A stretch of DNA of 64,000 nt from Mobula hypostoma (Eukaryota): NCBI RefSeq assembly GCF_963921235.1, contig NC_086097.1:23190001-23254000 (forward strand), in the 5' to 3' direction. Position 1 is the stretch's first letter, and each line of letters opens with the position of its first letter. This document shows positions 49,593 to 61,974 of this stretch, one piece after another. The notes beneath the pieces are model-generated. The model was not told the origin of the DNA and ran no database searches. It was given only the letters and a program-made list of their open reading frames with translations. Made by a program: the position numbers and the translations under genes.

Positions 49593-52500
49593 TAACCAGA
49601 ATACTATAACTGCATTTCTTAAATTACTGCCAAAGGACTTTCTAAATCTATCAGAGGTTTATCTACTTTGAAAGAAGGTACAACAGCTTTGGAACAGGAC
49701 CTTGGACAGTTACAATTTTGTATTTCGCTCTGCTTTAGAATATTGACATTCTGTTGTTTCTCCAGAATTCGGGTTCAAGTTCAAAGTAAAATCAAGTTTA
49801 AAGTATATATGTGTCACCATATTCAACCGCGAGAACCCTGGGGGTCACAAACAGTGGCTTTTGGAGCAGCTTGCAAAACTTCTCTTGATAATGTGGGATA
49901 AACCTCTTTGGGTGCTCATAATAGAGGCATAGTCATAGAGCAGTACAGCACAGAAACAGGCAATTCAGCCCATCTAGTCAATGCTGGCCTGGTTTTCTGC
50001 CTAGTCCCATCTATCTGCACCTGGACCACAGCCTTCCATACCCTATCCAAACCTTTCTCAAATGTTACAATTGAAACCGTCTCCACTAGTTCCCCTGTAG
50101 ATCATTCCACACTTGCTTTATCCTCTGATTGAAGAAGCTTCCTCTTATAATACTCCTAAATATTTCACCTTTCACCCTAATCAGAATGAGAATCAGGTTT
50201 AATATCACTGGCATATGTTGTGAAATTTTTTGTTCTGCAGCAGCAGTACGGAACAATAAAAACAAATAAATTACAATAAGAAATATATTTGAAAACAGCA
50301 AGTCCCGTCAGGAGTGAGTCATTGTTGGAAGTAGCAAGTGAGAGCGACATATTGCAGGGCAGAAGCCATTTGAAAATTGCAAGTCTTGTCGGGAGTGAGT
50401 CTTATTTGAGCCAATGAAAATAAAGAAGGTGTAAGTGGAGCAGCTACTGTTGGAGTGGCCAGAGTTGAAGTGGGCTAGTTTTAGAGTGGTCAGGGTTTTG
50501 CGCAACAGGCTTCAGCGAGGGCAGGCAGAGGCTAAAGGTGCGTTTGGAGGCATTTAGTTGATTGTACTACCTAAGCGTAAGATGTTAGAGCTAAACGTAT
50601 AACAAGTGTAGGCAAATTGGTGGTTAAGGCAGTGGAATCCTGCTCCTGCAAAATGTGGGTTTTCAGGGTACCTTAGCGGTCTCCCTAATGACCTCATCTG
50701 CAGGAAGTGCGCCCAACCTCAGCACCTGGCTGACAAGGTCAGGGAACTGGAGCTGGATACACTCAGGATCGTTTGGGAGGCTCAATACCTCAGAGATGAA
50801 AATTTTACTGAGGTAGTCACACACAGAGTTCAGGCTTCAGATAAAAGACGGGTGGCCGCCAGAAGCAGCAAGGGGAGTAAGCAGTTAGAGCAGGGTTCCT
50901 GTGGCTGCTCCCCTTAGCAACAAATATGCCCCTTTGGATACTGCTGGGGGGATCACCTATCAGGGCACAGCAACAGCAGCCAGACCAGTGGCTCTGAGGC
51001 TCAGCAGGGAAGAATAAAGTCAGATCGTATAAAAACATTAGGAGACTCAATAGATAGCAGACAGACAGGAGATTCTGTGCCTGCAAAAGAGACACAAGGA
51101 CGCTGTGCTGCCTCCCAGGTGCTAGGGTCAAGGATGTCTCAGAACAGCTTCAGAATATTCTCAAGAGGGACAGTGAGAAGCCAAAGACAGTGGTGCACGT
51201 TGGCACCAATGACATGGGTAGAAAAGTGGAAGAGGTCCTGCACCGTGAATTTTAGGGAGATAGGGAAAGACTGAGGAGCAGAACATCCAAGCATTAATCT
51301 CTGGGTTACTCCCAGCACTACATGCTAGTCAGGGAGTAGAATGATAGTACAGTGCCTGAGAAAGTGGCGCACGAGGTCCAGTTTCAGATGTCTAAATCAT
51401 TTGGGATCTCTTCTGGGGAAGGAATGACCTGTAAAGAAAAGGACAGGTTACGTCTCAACCTGAGAGGGACCAATATCCTTGCCGGCAGGTTTGCAAGAGC
51501 TGTTGTGAAAGATTTAAACTAATTTGGCAGGGATGCGAACTGGAGTGACAGGGCGAATTGCAGTCAGTGGGGTGGGTTGAAGTGTAACATGGGGGCAAAA
51601 TTGAAAAGGGTGAGGAATGCAGGACTGAAGGTGTTACATTTGAATGCATGCAGTATACAGAATAAAGTAAATGATCTTGTGGTGTAGTTCGTGATTGGCA
51701 GGTATAATGTCGGTGGGTATCACTGAGTCAATGATTGAAAGCCATAGGATCAGAAATTTGCAAATGTCACAACTTTTTAAGAAGGGAGGGATGCAGAAGC
51801 TTGGAAATGATAGGGCAGTTATCCTGACTTCAGTGGTTGGCAAATTGTTGGAATCATTATTAAGGATGAGGTTTCGGGGTACTTGGAGGCACATGATAAA
51901 ATAGGCCAAAGTCAGTATGGTATCCTTAAGAGGAAATCTTGCCTGACAAATCTGTTGGAATTCTTTGAGGAAATAACAGGCAGAATAGACAAAGAAGAGT
52001 CAGTGGATGTTGTTTACTTGGATTTTCATAAGGCCTTTGACAAAGTGCTGCACGTGAAGCTGCTTGACAAGATAAGAGCCTGTGGTATTACAGGAAAGAT
52101 ACTAGCATGAATAGAAGATTGGCTGACAGGCGGGGAGCAAAGAGTAGGAATAAATGGGGCCCTTTCTGGTTGGCTCATGGTGACATGGTGTTCCTTAGGG
52201 GTCAGTATTGGGACCACTTCTTTTCACATTAAATGTCAATGATTTGGATGATAGAATTGATGGCTTTGTGGCCAAGTTTACAGGCGGTAAAGCAGCAGGT
52301 AGTGTTGAGGAAGCAGGGAGTCTGCAGAAGGACTTAAACAGTTTGGGAAAATAGGCAAAGAAGTGGCAGATGGAATATAATGTTGGGAAGTGTACGGTCA
52401 TGCACTTTAGTAGAAGAAATGAAGGCATAGACTATTTTCTAAATGGGGAGAAAACTGAAAAATCAGAGATGCAAAGAGAGTCTTTGTGCAGGATTCCCTA

Positions 52501-52812
52501 AAGGCTAACTTGCAGGTTAAATTGTTGAGGCAAATACAATGTTTGCTTTCATTTCAAGAGGATGAAGGTGCAACAGCAATGATGTAATGCTGAGTCTTTA
52601 TAAGGCACTGGTCTGCCTGCACTTGGAGTATTGTGAACAGTTCTGGGCCCATTGTCTGAGAAAAAATATGTCGGCATTGGAGAGTGTTTAGAGAGGGTTC
52701 ACAAGAATAATTCCAGGAATGAAAGGGTTAATGTATGAGGAGTGTTTGAATTTACTTGCTGGAGTTTAGAAGAATGGGGGATTCTCACTGAAACCTATTA
52801 AATATTGAATGG

Positions 52813-53155
52813 AACACAAAAAATGCTGGAGGAACTCAGCAGGTCAGGCAGCATCTATGGACATGTATAGATAATCGACATTTCAGGCCGAGACTCTTCT
52901 TCAGGACTGAGAAGGAAGGGGGAAGATGGCAGAATAAAAAGATGGGGGGAGAGAAAGAAGGCTAGCTGGAAGGTGACAAATGAAGCTAGGTGGGTGGGAC
53001 AGGTCAAGGGCTGGAGAAAAAGGAATCTGACAGGAGAGGATAGTCAACCATAGGAGAAAAGAAAGGAGGAGGGGATCCAGGGAGAAGTAATAGGCAGGTG
53101 ATAAGAGATTAATGGTCAGAGTGGGGAATAGAAGGGGGTGGATTTGTTTACCATT
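52813..53155 (-). mobile_element. Penelope 3' fragment; hammerhead at 52873-52909 has an intact core but weakened helix II
   Basis: Minus strand CAGTC-CTGAAGA-AGAGTCTCGGCCT-GAAA-TGTC-GATT. Confidence 0.8.
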
Positions 53156-53156
53156 A

Positions 53157-53728
53157 GGAGTTTGAAGAGATTTGGCATGTCAACAAATATGTTCAAAAAC
53201 TTCTATTGTTGTACCGTGGAGAGCATTCTGACAGGCTGCATCACTATCTGGTGTGGAGGGGCTACTGCACATGACTGAAAGAAGCTGCAGAAGGTTGTAA
53301 ATCTAGTCAGCTCCATCTTGGGCACTAGCCTACGATGTACCCAGGACATCTTTAGGAAGTGGTGTCTCAGAAAGGGAGCGTCCATTATTAAGGACCTCCA
53401 GCACACAGGGCATGCCCTTTTCTCACTGTTACCATCAGGTAGGAGATACAGAAGCCTAAAGGCACACACTCAGCGATTCAGGAACAGCTTCTTCCCCTCT
53501 GTTGAATAGACTTTGAAGCTTTGGACACTACCTCACTTTTTTTAATATACAGTATTTCTGTTTTTGCATATTTTTAATCTATTCAATATACATAATTGAT
53601 TTACTTGTTTATTTATTATTGTTTTATTTTATTTATTATTTATTATTTTTTTCTCTCTCTGCTAGATTATGTATTGTATTGAACTGCATGTCACATGCCG
53701 ATGATAATAAACCTGATTCTGATTCTGA
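53157..53728 (+). mobile_element. Rex1 3' fragment
   Basis: FYCCTVESILTGCITIW, HALFSLLPSGRRYRSLKAHTQRFRNSFFP; (TTCTGA)n tail. Confidence 0.9.
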
Positions 53729-54144
53729 AATCAAAATTCAAATATTAAGTGGCCTAGACAGCGTGAATGTGATTAAGATGTTTTCTATAATGGGTAGGAC
53801 TAGGACCAAAGGGCATAATCTTAGAATTGGGGCTTGTCCATTGAGGACAGACATGAGGAGGAATTTCTTTAACCAGAGGCTGGTGAATCTGTGGAATTCA
53901 TTGCCACAGATGGCTGTCGAGGCAAGTCATTGAGTATATTTAAAGCGGTGTTTTTTAGGTTCTTGATTAGTCTCAGATGGCGGGGAGAAGGTAGGAGAGT
54001 GGGGTTGAGAGGGTTAATAAATCAGCCATGATAGAATGGCAGAGGAGACTCAATGGGCCAAGTGGCCTAATTCTGCTCCTGTGACTCATGGTCTTATAGT
54101 CTAGTCCTAGGTGGAACATTAAGCTTATTGGTCACACAAAACAT

Positions 54145-54285
54145 ACTGCAGATGCCGCTAATCTTGAGCAATACACACAAAATAGTGGAGGAACTTAGCA
54201 AGTTAGGCAGCATCTATGGAAAGGAATAAACACTTGATGCTTCAGGTCGAGACCCTTCATCAGCATTTTGTGTGTGTTATTCTAA
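54145..54285 (-). mobile_element. Penelope terminal unit with fold-back end
   Basis: Minus unit ends at cccttcatcag and is followed directly by inverted cattttgtgtgtgtt. Confidence 0.7.
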
Positions 54286-56143
54286 ATTTATTATTGATGG
54301 CTTATGATCATGGTGTCTCAAAATTGTCTGGAGTTAAGAAGAAATAGGGAGTCAATCTCTGCCCTCAAGAAAGCACATTATTCATCTTTCCCCTTTACCT
54401 ATCTACAGATAAATATATAAAAATAAATTATTAACATCATTGAGATGGATGCTGCTATATCAGCTTGCTTTCAGTTTCCATTTTTCAATTTGACCTGCTG
54501 TGGTATTTAGATCTTAGCTCTAGTTAGCTCTGGTTACAACTTCCCATCGTTTGATAGAGTCATTAATATAGTGCAAAAAAGAGATTGACATCTGCCTTCA
54601 TTCTTTTCATCAAAAACAAAACATTTCAATAGAAAAAAAAACTCAATTATGGCAAAGCCATTAATAGCTGATTACCCACCTGACACAGTGTATAAGAAAA
54701 TGAATAAGAACAGTTCTTGAGCAGAAGCTTATCTCTGTCCTAGTCAGGCTAAAATTAGAATTGATGATAGGAATATGAGGGACCATTTGTTCTGATATAG
54801 ATTACATCTCCCTAACCTTAGGATGGTTTAAACATTTTGAATCACTCAATCCATATTTTGAACAGAGAAATTAATCAGGAGTCCTTTAATGCGTCTATTG
54901 CTGTCATATTCATGATAATGCAATCCCTCACTGACCTAACACTCGGTCTGTCAGGTCAGAAGATTTTCTCAGGACATTATTCACGGCCACTACATAAGAA
55001 GCTCGGTGAAGCACAAAAACATCATTTGATAGTGCCAAGAAAGAAAGAAGAGGAAGCAAAAAATGCCCGGTCTCTTTACACTAAATGCTCTGCTGGATGA
55101 GATGGTTGTCCTTTAAAGGCTGGAGAGACATGATCCATGGAAAATAAGTCACTTGAGATAAAAAATGGGTGAAGTAGTTATTTTGAAGTAAACCTGATGT
55201 GCCTCTAAGGGATCAAAAAGAAATTAAAAAGTGTCGTCCTTCAAAGGGTTAACATTGTAACTGCTCAGGACGAGAGTGCATTACAAAGGGTCAAGAAATA
55301 GTGGGATCGCCAAATGGTTTAATCATTTACAAATCATCAGGGGGAATAGCAACAACAACAGAAACAAAACAAAACAACAACAGCAAAACAATAGCACAAG
55401 AGACTGCAGATGCTGGAAATCCAGAGCACGACACACAAAATGCTGAGGAACCAAAAGGTCAGGCAGTACCTAGAGAAATAGACAGTCGAGACCCTTCCCT
55501 TTTATGTTTCACTTCTATTGCTCTAAAATTATTTCCAGCTGGAGGATTCTAAGGGATCCCTGTACTGTGATTCAAATTCAGATTCAGATTTATTTATCAC
55601 ATGTACCTTGAAACAGTGTGCTATTTATGTCAACAGCCCACACATCGAAGGATGTGCTGGGGATCTCTGCAAGTGGCATCATGCATTCCTGGCCAGCATA
55701 GCATGCCCATAATGGTCGGCAGATCAACACAGAACACAACAGAACTTAGCATACCGTGCAACAACAGTGACAAGCCTCCATCCTACCCACCAACCGGCAG
55801 TCTTCTAACCCTAAGATAGGCCGTCGTTGGCCTCCAGTCTCAGTGGATGGTGGATTTATAGACACTGGGCCCCGACTTCCCCAGCAGACTTGCAGAGATT
55901 CGTCATCAGGACTTGACCTTAGGACTTCAGATTAACTTTAAGGCTTCAATCCAGATGTTTGATCCACCTTCAGGCTTCAACCTGGACATCCAATCGACCT
56001 TCGGGCTGTGATTTCAGTTCCTAGCTCAATGCCAATTTTATCTGCTCTCTCATTTGTTGCTGTGCATTCATACACCTACATTCCAAGCTCAGATACCTAT
56101 TCCTTCAAATTCTCCTTCTTTATAACTTTCACCTTTTAAGCTA

Positions 56144-57398
56144 CCATGAAGGGTCTCAGCCCAAAACATTGACTCTTTATTCCCCTCCAAAGATGCTGCC
56201 TGACCTGCGGAGATCCTGAGCTCCTCCGACACTTTGTGTGTTACTCTGGACTTCCATAAGACCATCAGACATAGGAGTAGAATTAGGCCATTCAACCCCT
56301 CGAGTCCACTCCAGTATTTCATCATTGCTGATCCCGGATCTCATTCAATCCCATACACCTGCCTTCTCACCATATCCCTTGATGCCCCGACCAATCAGGA
56401 ATCTATTAACTTCCATTTTGAATCTACCCACAGAATTGGCCTCCACCGCAGTCTGTGGCAGAGCATTCCACAGATTCACCACTCGTTGGCTAAAAAAAAT
56501 TCCCTCCTTACTTCTGTTCTAAAAGGTCGTCCCTCAGTTTTGAGGCTGTGCCCTCCGGTTCTGGATACCCCCACCAGAGGGAACATCCCCTCCACATCCA
56601 CCTTATCTAGTCCTTTCAACACTTGGTAGCTTTCAATGAGATTCACCGCTCCCCAGCATTCTTCAAAATTCTAGTGAGTACAGGCCCACAGCTGCCAAAC
56701 ACTTCTCATTTGTTAAACCCTTCATTTTCAGGATTATCCTCATAAACCTCTTTTGGGCTCTCTCCAATAAAAATACATCCTTTTTGAGATAAAGGGCCCA
56801 AAATGGTTCACAATACTTCAAGTGTGGCCTGACTAGTGTCTTATAAAGCTTCAGCATTATCCCCTTGTTTTTGTATTCTGTTCCCCTTGAATTAAATGCC
56901 TTCTTTACCAGAGACGCAACCTGTGAATTAACCTTATGGGAATTTTGTACAAGGACTCCAAAGTCCCTTTGCATCTCTGATGTTTGAATTTTCTCCCCAC
57001 TTCGATAATAGTCTGCACTATTGTTACTTTTACCAATATGCATTATCATACATTTCCCAACACCATATTCCATGTCTGTTTTTTGCCCAGTCTTCTAATT
57101 TGGCTAAGTCCTGCTGCAATTGCATTGCTTCCTCAGCACTACCTACCCCTCCATCTGTCTTTGTATCATCTGCAAACTTTGCCACAAAGCCAACAATTCC
57201 ATAATACAAATCATTGACAAACAATGTGAAAAGTAACGTTCCCAACACTGACCCCAGAGGAACACCACTAGTCACTGGCAGCCTACCAGAAAAGGCCCTC
57301 TTTATTCCCACTTGCTGCCTCCTGCCTGTCAGCCATTCCTCTATCCATGCTAGTATATTTTCTGTATATTTCCAGCATCTGCAGAATCTCGTGTTTAT
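56144..57398 (+). mobile_element. Penelope terminal unit split by a CR1
   Basis: 56144-56254 continues as atttccagcatctgcagaatctc near 57367. Confidence 0.7.
56255..57365 (-). mobile_element. CR1 RT-to-3' fragment
   Basis: VTSGVP.GSVLG, AKFADDTK, LYKTLVRPHL.YC. Confidence 0.9.
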
Positions 57399-57734
57399 GT
57401 TTTTGAAAAACTTACTGCTGTGATCATCATTACCATTACGACAGGGTTCATTTTAAAATTTGGCTCAAAAACCCTCCTGTAAAGCATCATGAAATGTTTG
57501 AAGACGTTAAAGACACTTAAGGGATTATGTTTCTCCAATAAGTAAAGGAAAATGGGGTCATCATGGAAAAGTGGTTGCTGAGGTAAGTGTTGACCCATAA
57601 TATTACCAAATGGGGAGATACTTCTATTTCTTACCTTCACAACACTGCTGCAATCTTTATGTTATAAGTTCTTATGTACAAATAGCAGAGCAGCCAGATC
57701 TCATGAATCTGAACGGTTCAGATGCCTGAATTTG

Positions 57735-57992
57735 GGGTGGGACAGTAAGGTAGTGGTTAATGTAACACTATTAAAGTGCTTGTGACCTGGGTTCAATTCA
57801 GCCACTGTCTGTAAGGAGTTTGTATATTCTCTCTGTGAATGAGTGGGATTCCTCTGTGCACTCCAGAGTCTTCCCACTTTCCAAGGCTATACGGATTAGT
57901 GGGGTAATTGTTTACCTGTGTAATTAAGCTGTACGGGCTCGTTGGGCAAGAAGGGCCCGCAATCATGTTGTATCTCTAAAAGAAAAGCAAAT
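57735..57992 (+). mobile_element. V-SINE
   Basis: GTAGTGGTTA A-box, GGGTTCAATTC B-box, V core. Confidence 0.75.
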
Positions 57993-57994
57993 AA

Positions 57995-58482
57995 AATAAC
58001 CGAAGAGTTTCTGAAGATCCTGGAAATCCAGAGTAACACACAAACAACGCTGGAGGGACGCAGCATCTCTGGAAAGGAACAAACAGTCAACGTTTCAGGA
58101 CTGGAAAGGAAGGGGGAAGAAGCCAGAATAAGGAGGTGGGAGGGAGGAGTGCAAGCTGGCAGGTGACAGGTGAGACCAGGTGAGGGGGAAGGTGGGTGGG
58201 TGGGATGAAGGTAGAAGGGGCGGGATGAAGTAAGAATTTGAGATGTGATAGGTGGAAGAAGTAATGGGCTGACAAAGGAGGAGTTTGATAGAAGAGGAGC
58301 GTAGAACATAGGAGAAAGAGAAGGAAGAGGGTCACCAGAGAGCAATAACGGTCAGGTGAAGAGAAGAGGTAAGAAGGGAACCAGAATGGGGAATGGAAAA
58401 AAAGAGGGAAGGGGAGAGAGACAAATTTCTGCAAGTTAGACAGAATTAATGTTCATGCCATCAGGTTGGAGGCTACCCAGCA
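57995..58482 (-). mobile_element. Penelope 3' fragment, hammerhead internally deleted
   Basis: Terminal unit, purine-rich UTR, LGSLQPDGMNI coding. Confidence 0.8.
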
Positions 58483-58993
58483 AATAAATGAATATTTGAT
58501 CAATTTCAACTTATGCAAATCATTTACAAATATGATTTTGCACGCTTTATATCATGCAAGTTATCATTTCCAAGTTGTCTAGTGAAAATCAGGAAATTTA
58601 ATGCAGCTGATGCTTGTCTGGCATCACTCGTTCCATCAATGCCAGCACAGGTACTGCAGCAAGCATTCCCTCAATTGCTGACAGAAACAAGAGCTTCTGT
58701 GCAATACGAACATCCTTTGCTGTTCACTCCGCTGCACTGAGTCCTGGGGTTGATACCGAAGGAAGAAACCCGAGTATAAAAGACCGAACTTGAAGAGTCT
58801 GGGAATTGAGGTCGAAGGTCAAAGCCCTAGGTTGGCATATCCGTATCCTGAAGTTAGAAGACTGGTCTCTGTGAGTCTGGGAGTCTAGGCCTGAAACTGG
58901 AGGCTGGAGGCTGGAGGCCCAGAGGCAACTGCGTTGAAGATGGAAGCCTGTCAGTGTGAGTGAGTAGGGAGGAAAGGGGCCTGTTTTGCTGTT

Positions 58994-59117
58994 CCCGATG
59001 AAGGATCTCGGCCCAAAATGTCGACTGTTAATTTCTTTCCATGGATACAGTCTGACCTGCTGAGTTCCTCTAACATTGTGTGTGTGTGTGTAGCATCTGC
59101 AGAATCTCTTGTGTTTT
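58994..59117 (+). mobile_element. 124-bp Penelope terminal unit with perfect 12-bp TSD
   Basis: TGTTTTGCTGTT at 58982-58993 and 59118-59129; unit begins at the hammerhead core. Confidence 0.85.
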
Positions 59118-59344
59118 TGTTTTGCTGTTGTTCTTTTCTTTCTGTTGTTGTGTTGTTGCTTTTGCTTGTGATGCTCTGCCAAGCGTTGTGGGCATGCTAC
59201 GTTGGCACCGGAACGTGTGTGGCCACACCTGCGGGCTGACCCCCTAAAGCACATCTTTAGGTTGTGTTGCTTGTTAACACAAATAGCACAGTACAGCATA
59301 TCTTTCAATGTATATGTGATAGATGAAAAGATTAGAGATAGAGA

Positions 59345-59605
59345 TGTCATTGTTTAATGCCATGTTCATACGATGTGGGTGATCATAGTCTTCCACCTGT
59401 TTTTAATCTGAGAAGTTCTAATAAGCTCTTCAAAACTTTTGCCTGTCCATCCCTTGATGTAACTTATGAATATCATGCACTGTTGACCGCAACTTTTTCT
59501 TCCATCAATTTTTCTCATTGCTGCAAGATGTTCGAGCTTCCCTTTCCTCAGTACATGTCCCAGAAATACCAGCTGCCATTTCCTGATTGATGATATCAGC
59601 TCTCA
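59345..59605 (-). mobile_element. Older RTE-clade 3' fragment (second family)
   Basis: IRKWQLVFLGHVLRKGKLEHL...KIDG coding on minus strand. Confidence 0.7.
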
Positions 59606-60083
59606 TCAGAGTAAGCAAGGAAATAAATAAATAAATCAGATCTCTTTCATGCAGCAGTTCCCACTTTCACTCATATGTTACTTAATTCACTGCTGCTCCC
59701 TTCACTCACCACAGCCTTGTTAAGAAAGGATCAAAGTGAAAATGCATAGTGTGATCACTGGCCCATTGATCTTCCCACGGCTTGAAGACACTCACAAGTC
59801 TGGGAGTTGAACAAGTTAGTTCATTAGGCGGGAATGCCGAGACAAAGAAAAAGAGCACTATGTCCTCGCTTCAACACCTACACAGATTCTCCCACTGCTG
59901 CTCTAATACAGCTGCCACAGTGAGATTTTGTTGTGTGCACTTACCTGTCAGCCGTCAGCTGTGATGAGGCTGCACCGAGGTCCTGTTTTATCACATGAAA
60001 CTGTGTGCAGAGCACCACAGCACGACATTTCATGTATTCTGCTCAATTTCACGATTTGTTTTCGGGATATTGGAGTGAGTATT

Positions 60084-60280
60084 AGGGTGGCATAGTGGTG
60101 CAGCAGTTAGTATAATGCATTGCAGTGTTTACTTTCTGCTGGTGCCTGTAATTTTCCCCGTGACTGCATGGGTTTCCTCCTAGTGCTTCGGTTTCCTCCC
60201 ATATTCCCAAAAAGTACAGATTAGGGCTCATAAATAGTGGGCATGCTAGTTGGCGCCGGAAACAGGGCGACTCTTGCACA
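60084..60280 (+). mobile_element. V-SINE
   Basis: CCCCGTGACTGCATGGGTTTCCTCC..GTGCTTCGGTTTCCTCCCA. Confidence 0.75.
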
Positions 60281-60429
60281 GGTTTCGTGCACCAAAAGGC
60301 GTGAGTGCCAGTTTCTAGGTAACTTGGTAATGAATCGAACTTGTTGAATTTCAGAACTTAATGGACATTTAAGTGGCAAATGCTTGCATAGAATAATAAC
60401 GTATTTCTTATTGTCATGTCAGTTCAGAG

Positions 60430-60930
60430 AGTCATGAGTCATTAGGTTATTCAGTGTAGAAATAGGCCCTAAGGCCTAATGTCCTTGCCTATTGTGTTGC
60501 CCAGTGAGCTGGTCCCAACTGCTCTCTAAAGCCCACAACCCTCGAAACCTCTCCAATCTATCTACTGATCAGAATGGCTTTTAAAAGTTGCTAATGTGCG
60601 CACCACAACTTCTATTTCTGGCAGTTTATTCTAAATATGCACCGCCCTTTACATGAAGAAGCTGCCCCGGTGACTCTTTTAAATTTCTTGTCTCTGCTCT
60701 TAAATCTATGTCCTCTTGTTTTTAGCACTCAAACCCTGAGAAAAGGACTCTGGGATTTCAACCTATCTCTGCCCCTCACGATCTTATAGACCTCTGGCAG
60801 GTCACCCGCTATGATGTTATAGACCATTGTTGGGTTACCACACAAACTCTGAGTCTATACACCTTCTCTTTGTAACTCCGGCCCCCAAGTCCAGGCAACG
60901 TCCTCATGAATCTCTCCTGCATTCTTTCTA
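60430..60930 (-). mobile_element. Degraded CR1 3' fragment
   Basis: LERMQERFMRTLPGL..SYKE coding. Confidence 0.7.
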
Positions 60931-61200
60931 GATGAAAGATAAATATTAGGCAGAACAATAAGGTACTTACATACCATGCTATTCTTAGGAGTCCATTCAA
61001 AGAGCCTAAGAAAACGTGAATGTATTAAAAAAAATCGAAATTAGGCCATCATGATAAAAATCATGGCTTATAAACTTTTGGCCTGAGATCCAGTTTCCTA
61101 CCCAGTCTTTGCCTCTCCTATAGATGTGATGTCTATCTTAGCGTTACATACAGTATATTCATTATGTGGAAAAGAGAATTCCAAAGATTCCCCATCCTTT

Positions 61201-61661
61201 ACATAGAACAGTACAGCACAGTACAGGCCCTTCGGCCCACAATGCTGTGCCGACCTTTAAACCCTGCCTCCCATATAAGCCCCCACCTTAAATTCCTCCA
61301 TATACCTGTCTAGTAGTCTCTTAAACTTCACCAGTGTATCTGCCTCCACCACTGACTCAGGCAGTGCATTCCACGCACCAACCACTCTCTGAGTAAAAAA
61401 CATTCCTCTAATCACCCCCTTGAACTTCCCATCCCTTACCTTAAAGCCATGTCCTCTTGTATTGAGCAGTGGTGTCCTGGTGAAGAGGCACTGGCTATCC
61501 ACTCTATCTATTCCTCTTATTATCTTATACACCTCTATCATGTCTCCTCTCATCCTCCTTCTCTCCAAAGAGTAAAGCCCTAGCTCCCTTAATCTCTTGA
61601 TCATAATGCATACTCTCTAAACCAGGCAGCATCCTGGTAAATCTCCTCTGTACCCTTTCCA
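61201..61661 (-). mobile_element. Young CR1 3' fragment with 7-bp TSD
   Basis: Open frame LGLYSLERRRMRGDMIEVYKII..FFTQRVVGAWNALP; ATCCTTT at 61194-61200 and 61662-61668. Confidence 0.95.
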
Positions 61662-61974
61662 ATCCTTTGAGAGATGAAATTCCACTTTTACTCCTTATTA
61701 AATTGGTGACCCTTCATTCTCCAACAGAGTCCCCAGTTTGAGTTCCCTACGATGGGAAGTATTTTCTCAGGATCTCCATCAGAACATCACCTGCTACTCT
61801 TCCAAATTCCAATGAGTACAGAGCCAACCTGTAGACTATTTCATCATCAGTTCACTTGGTACACTTTCCCTTCAGTTCCTGCCATGCAGGTAGATTCTTA
61901 GTATAGTGTAACATTTGAATAACAACCTCTCTGATGCAAGACTGTGCTGGTTGGCAAGGCGGCATTTCTAACCC

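Larger units (their letters stand above)
50305..54102 (+). mobile_element. Near-full-span degraded CR1: 5' UTR, ORF1, deleted endonuclease, RT, 3' end; interrupted at 52813-53737
   Basis: ORF1 SCKMW...ICRKC and VVHVGTND (SGNH-like); RT SCLTNLLEFFE, VDVVYLDF.KAFDKV, QGSVLGP-like; terminal motif near 54065-54100. Confidence 0.9.

Noticed and set aside
57448..57582. Plus exon ending GAG|gtaagt
   Set aside because: No frame open from the nearest plausible acceptor
58724..59350. 208-aa minus-strand ORF
   Set aside because: Mosaic of a Rex1-tailed element, a Penelope unit and a SINE tail
11245..60280. tRNA-like A/B boxes as tRNA genes
   Set aside because: Each is followed by a V-domain core, so they are SINE heads; no intact cloverleaf seen
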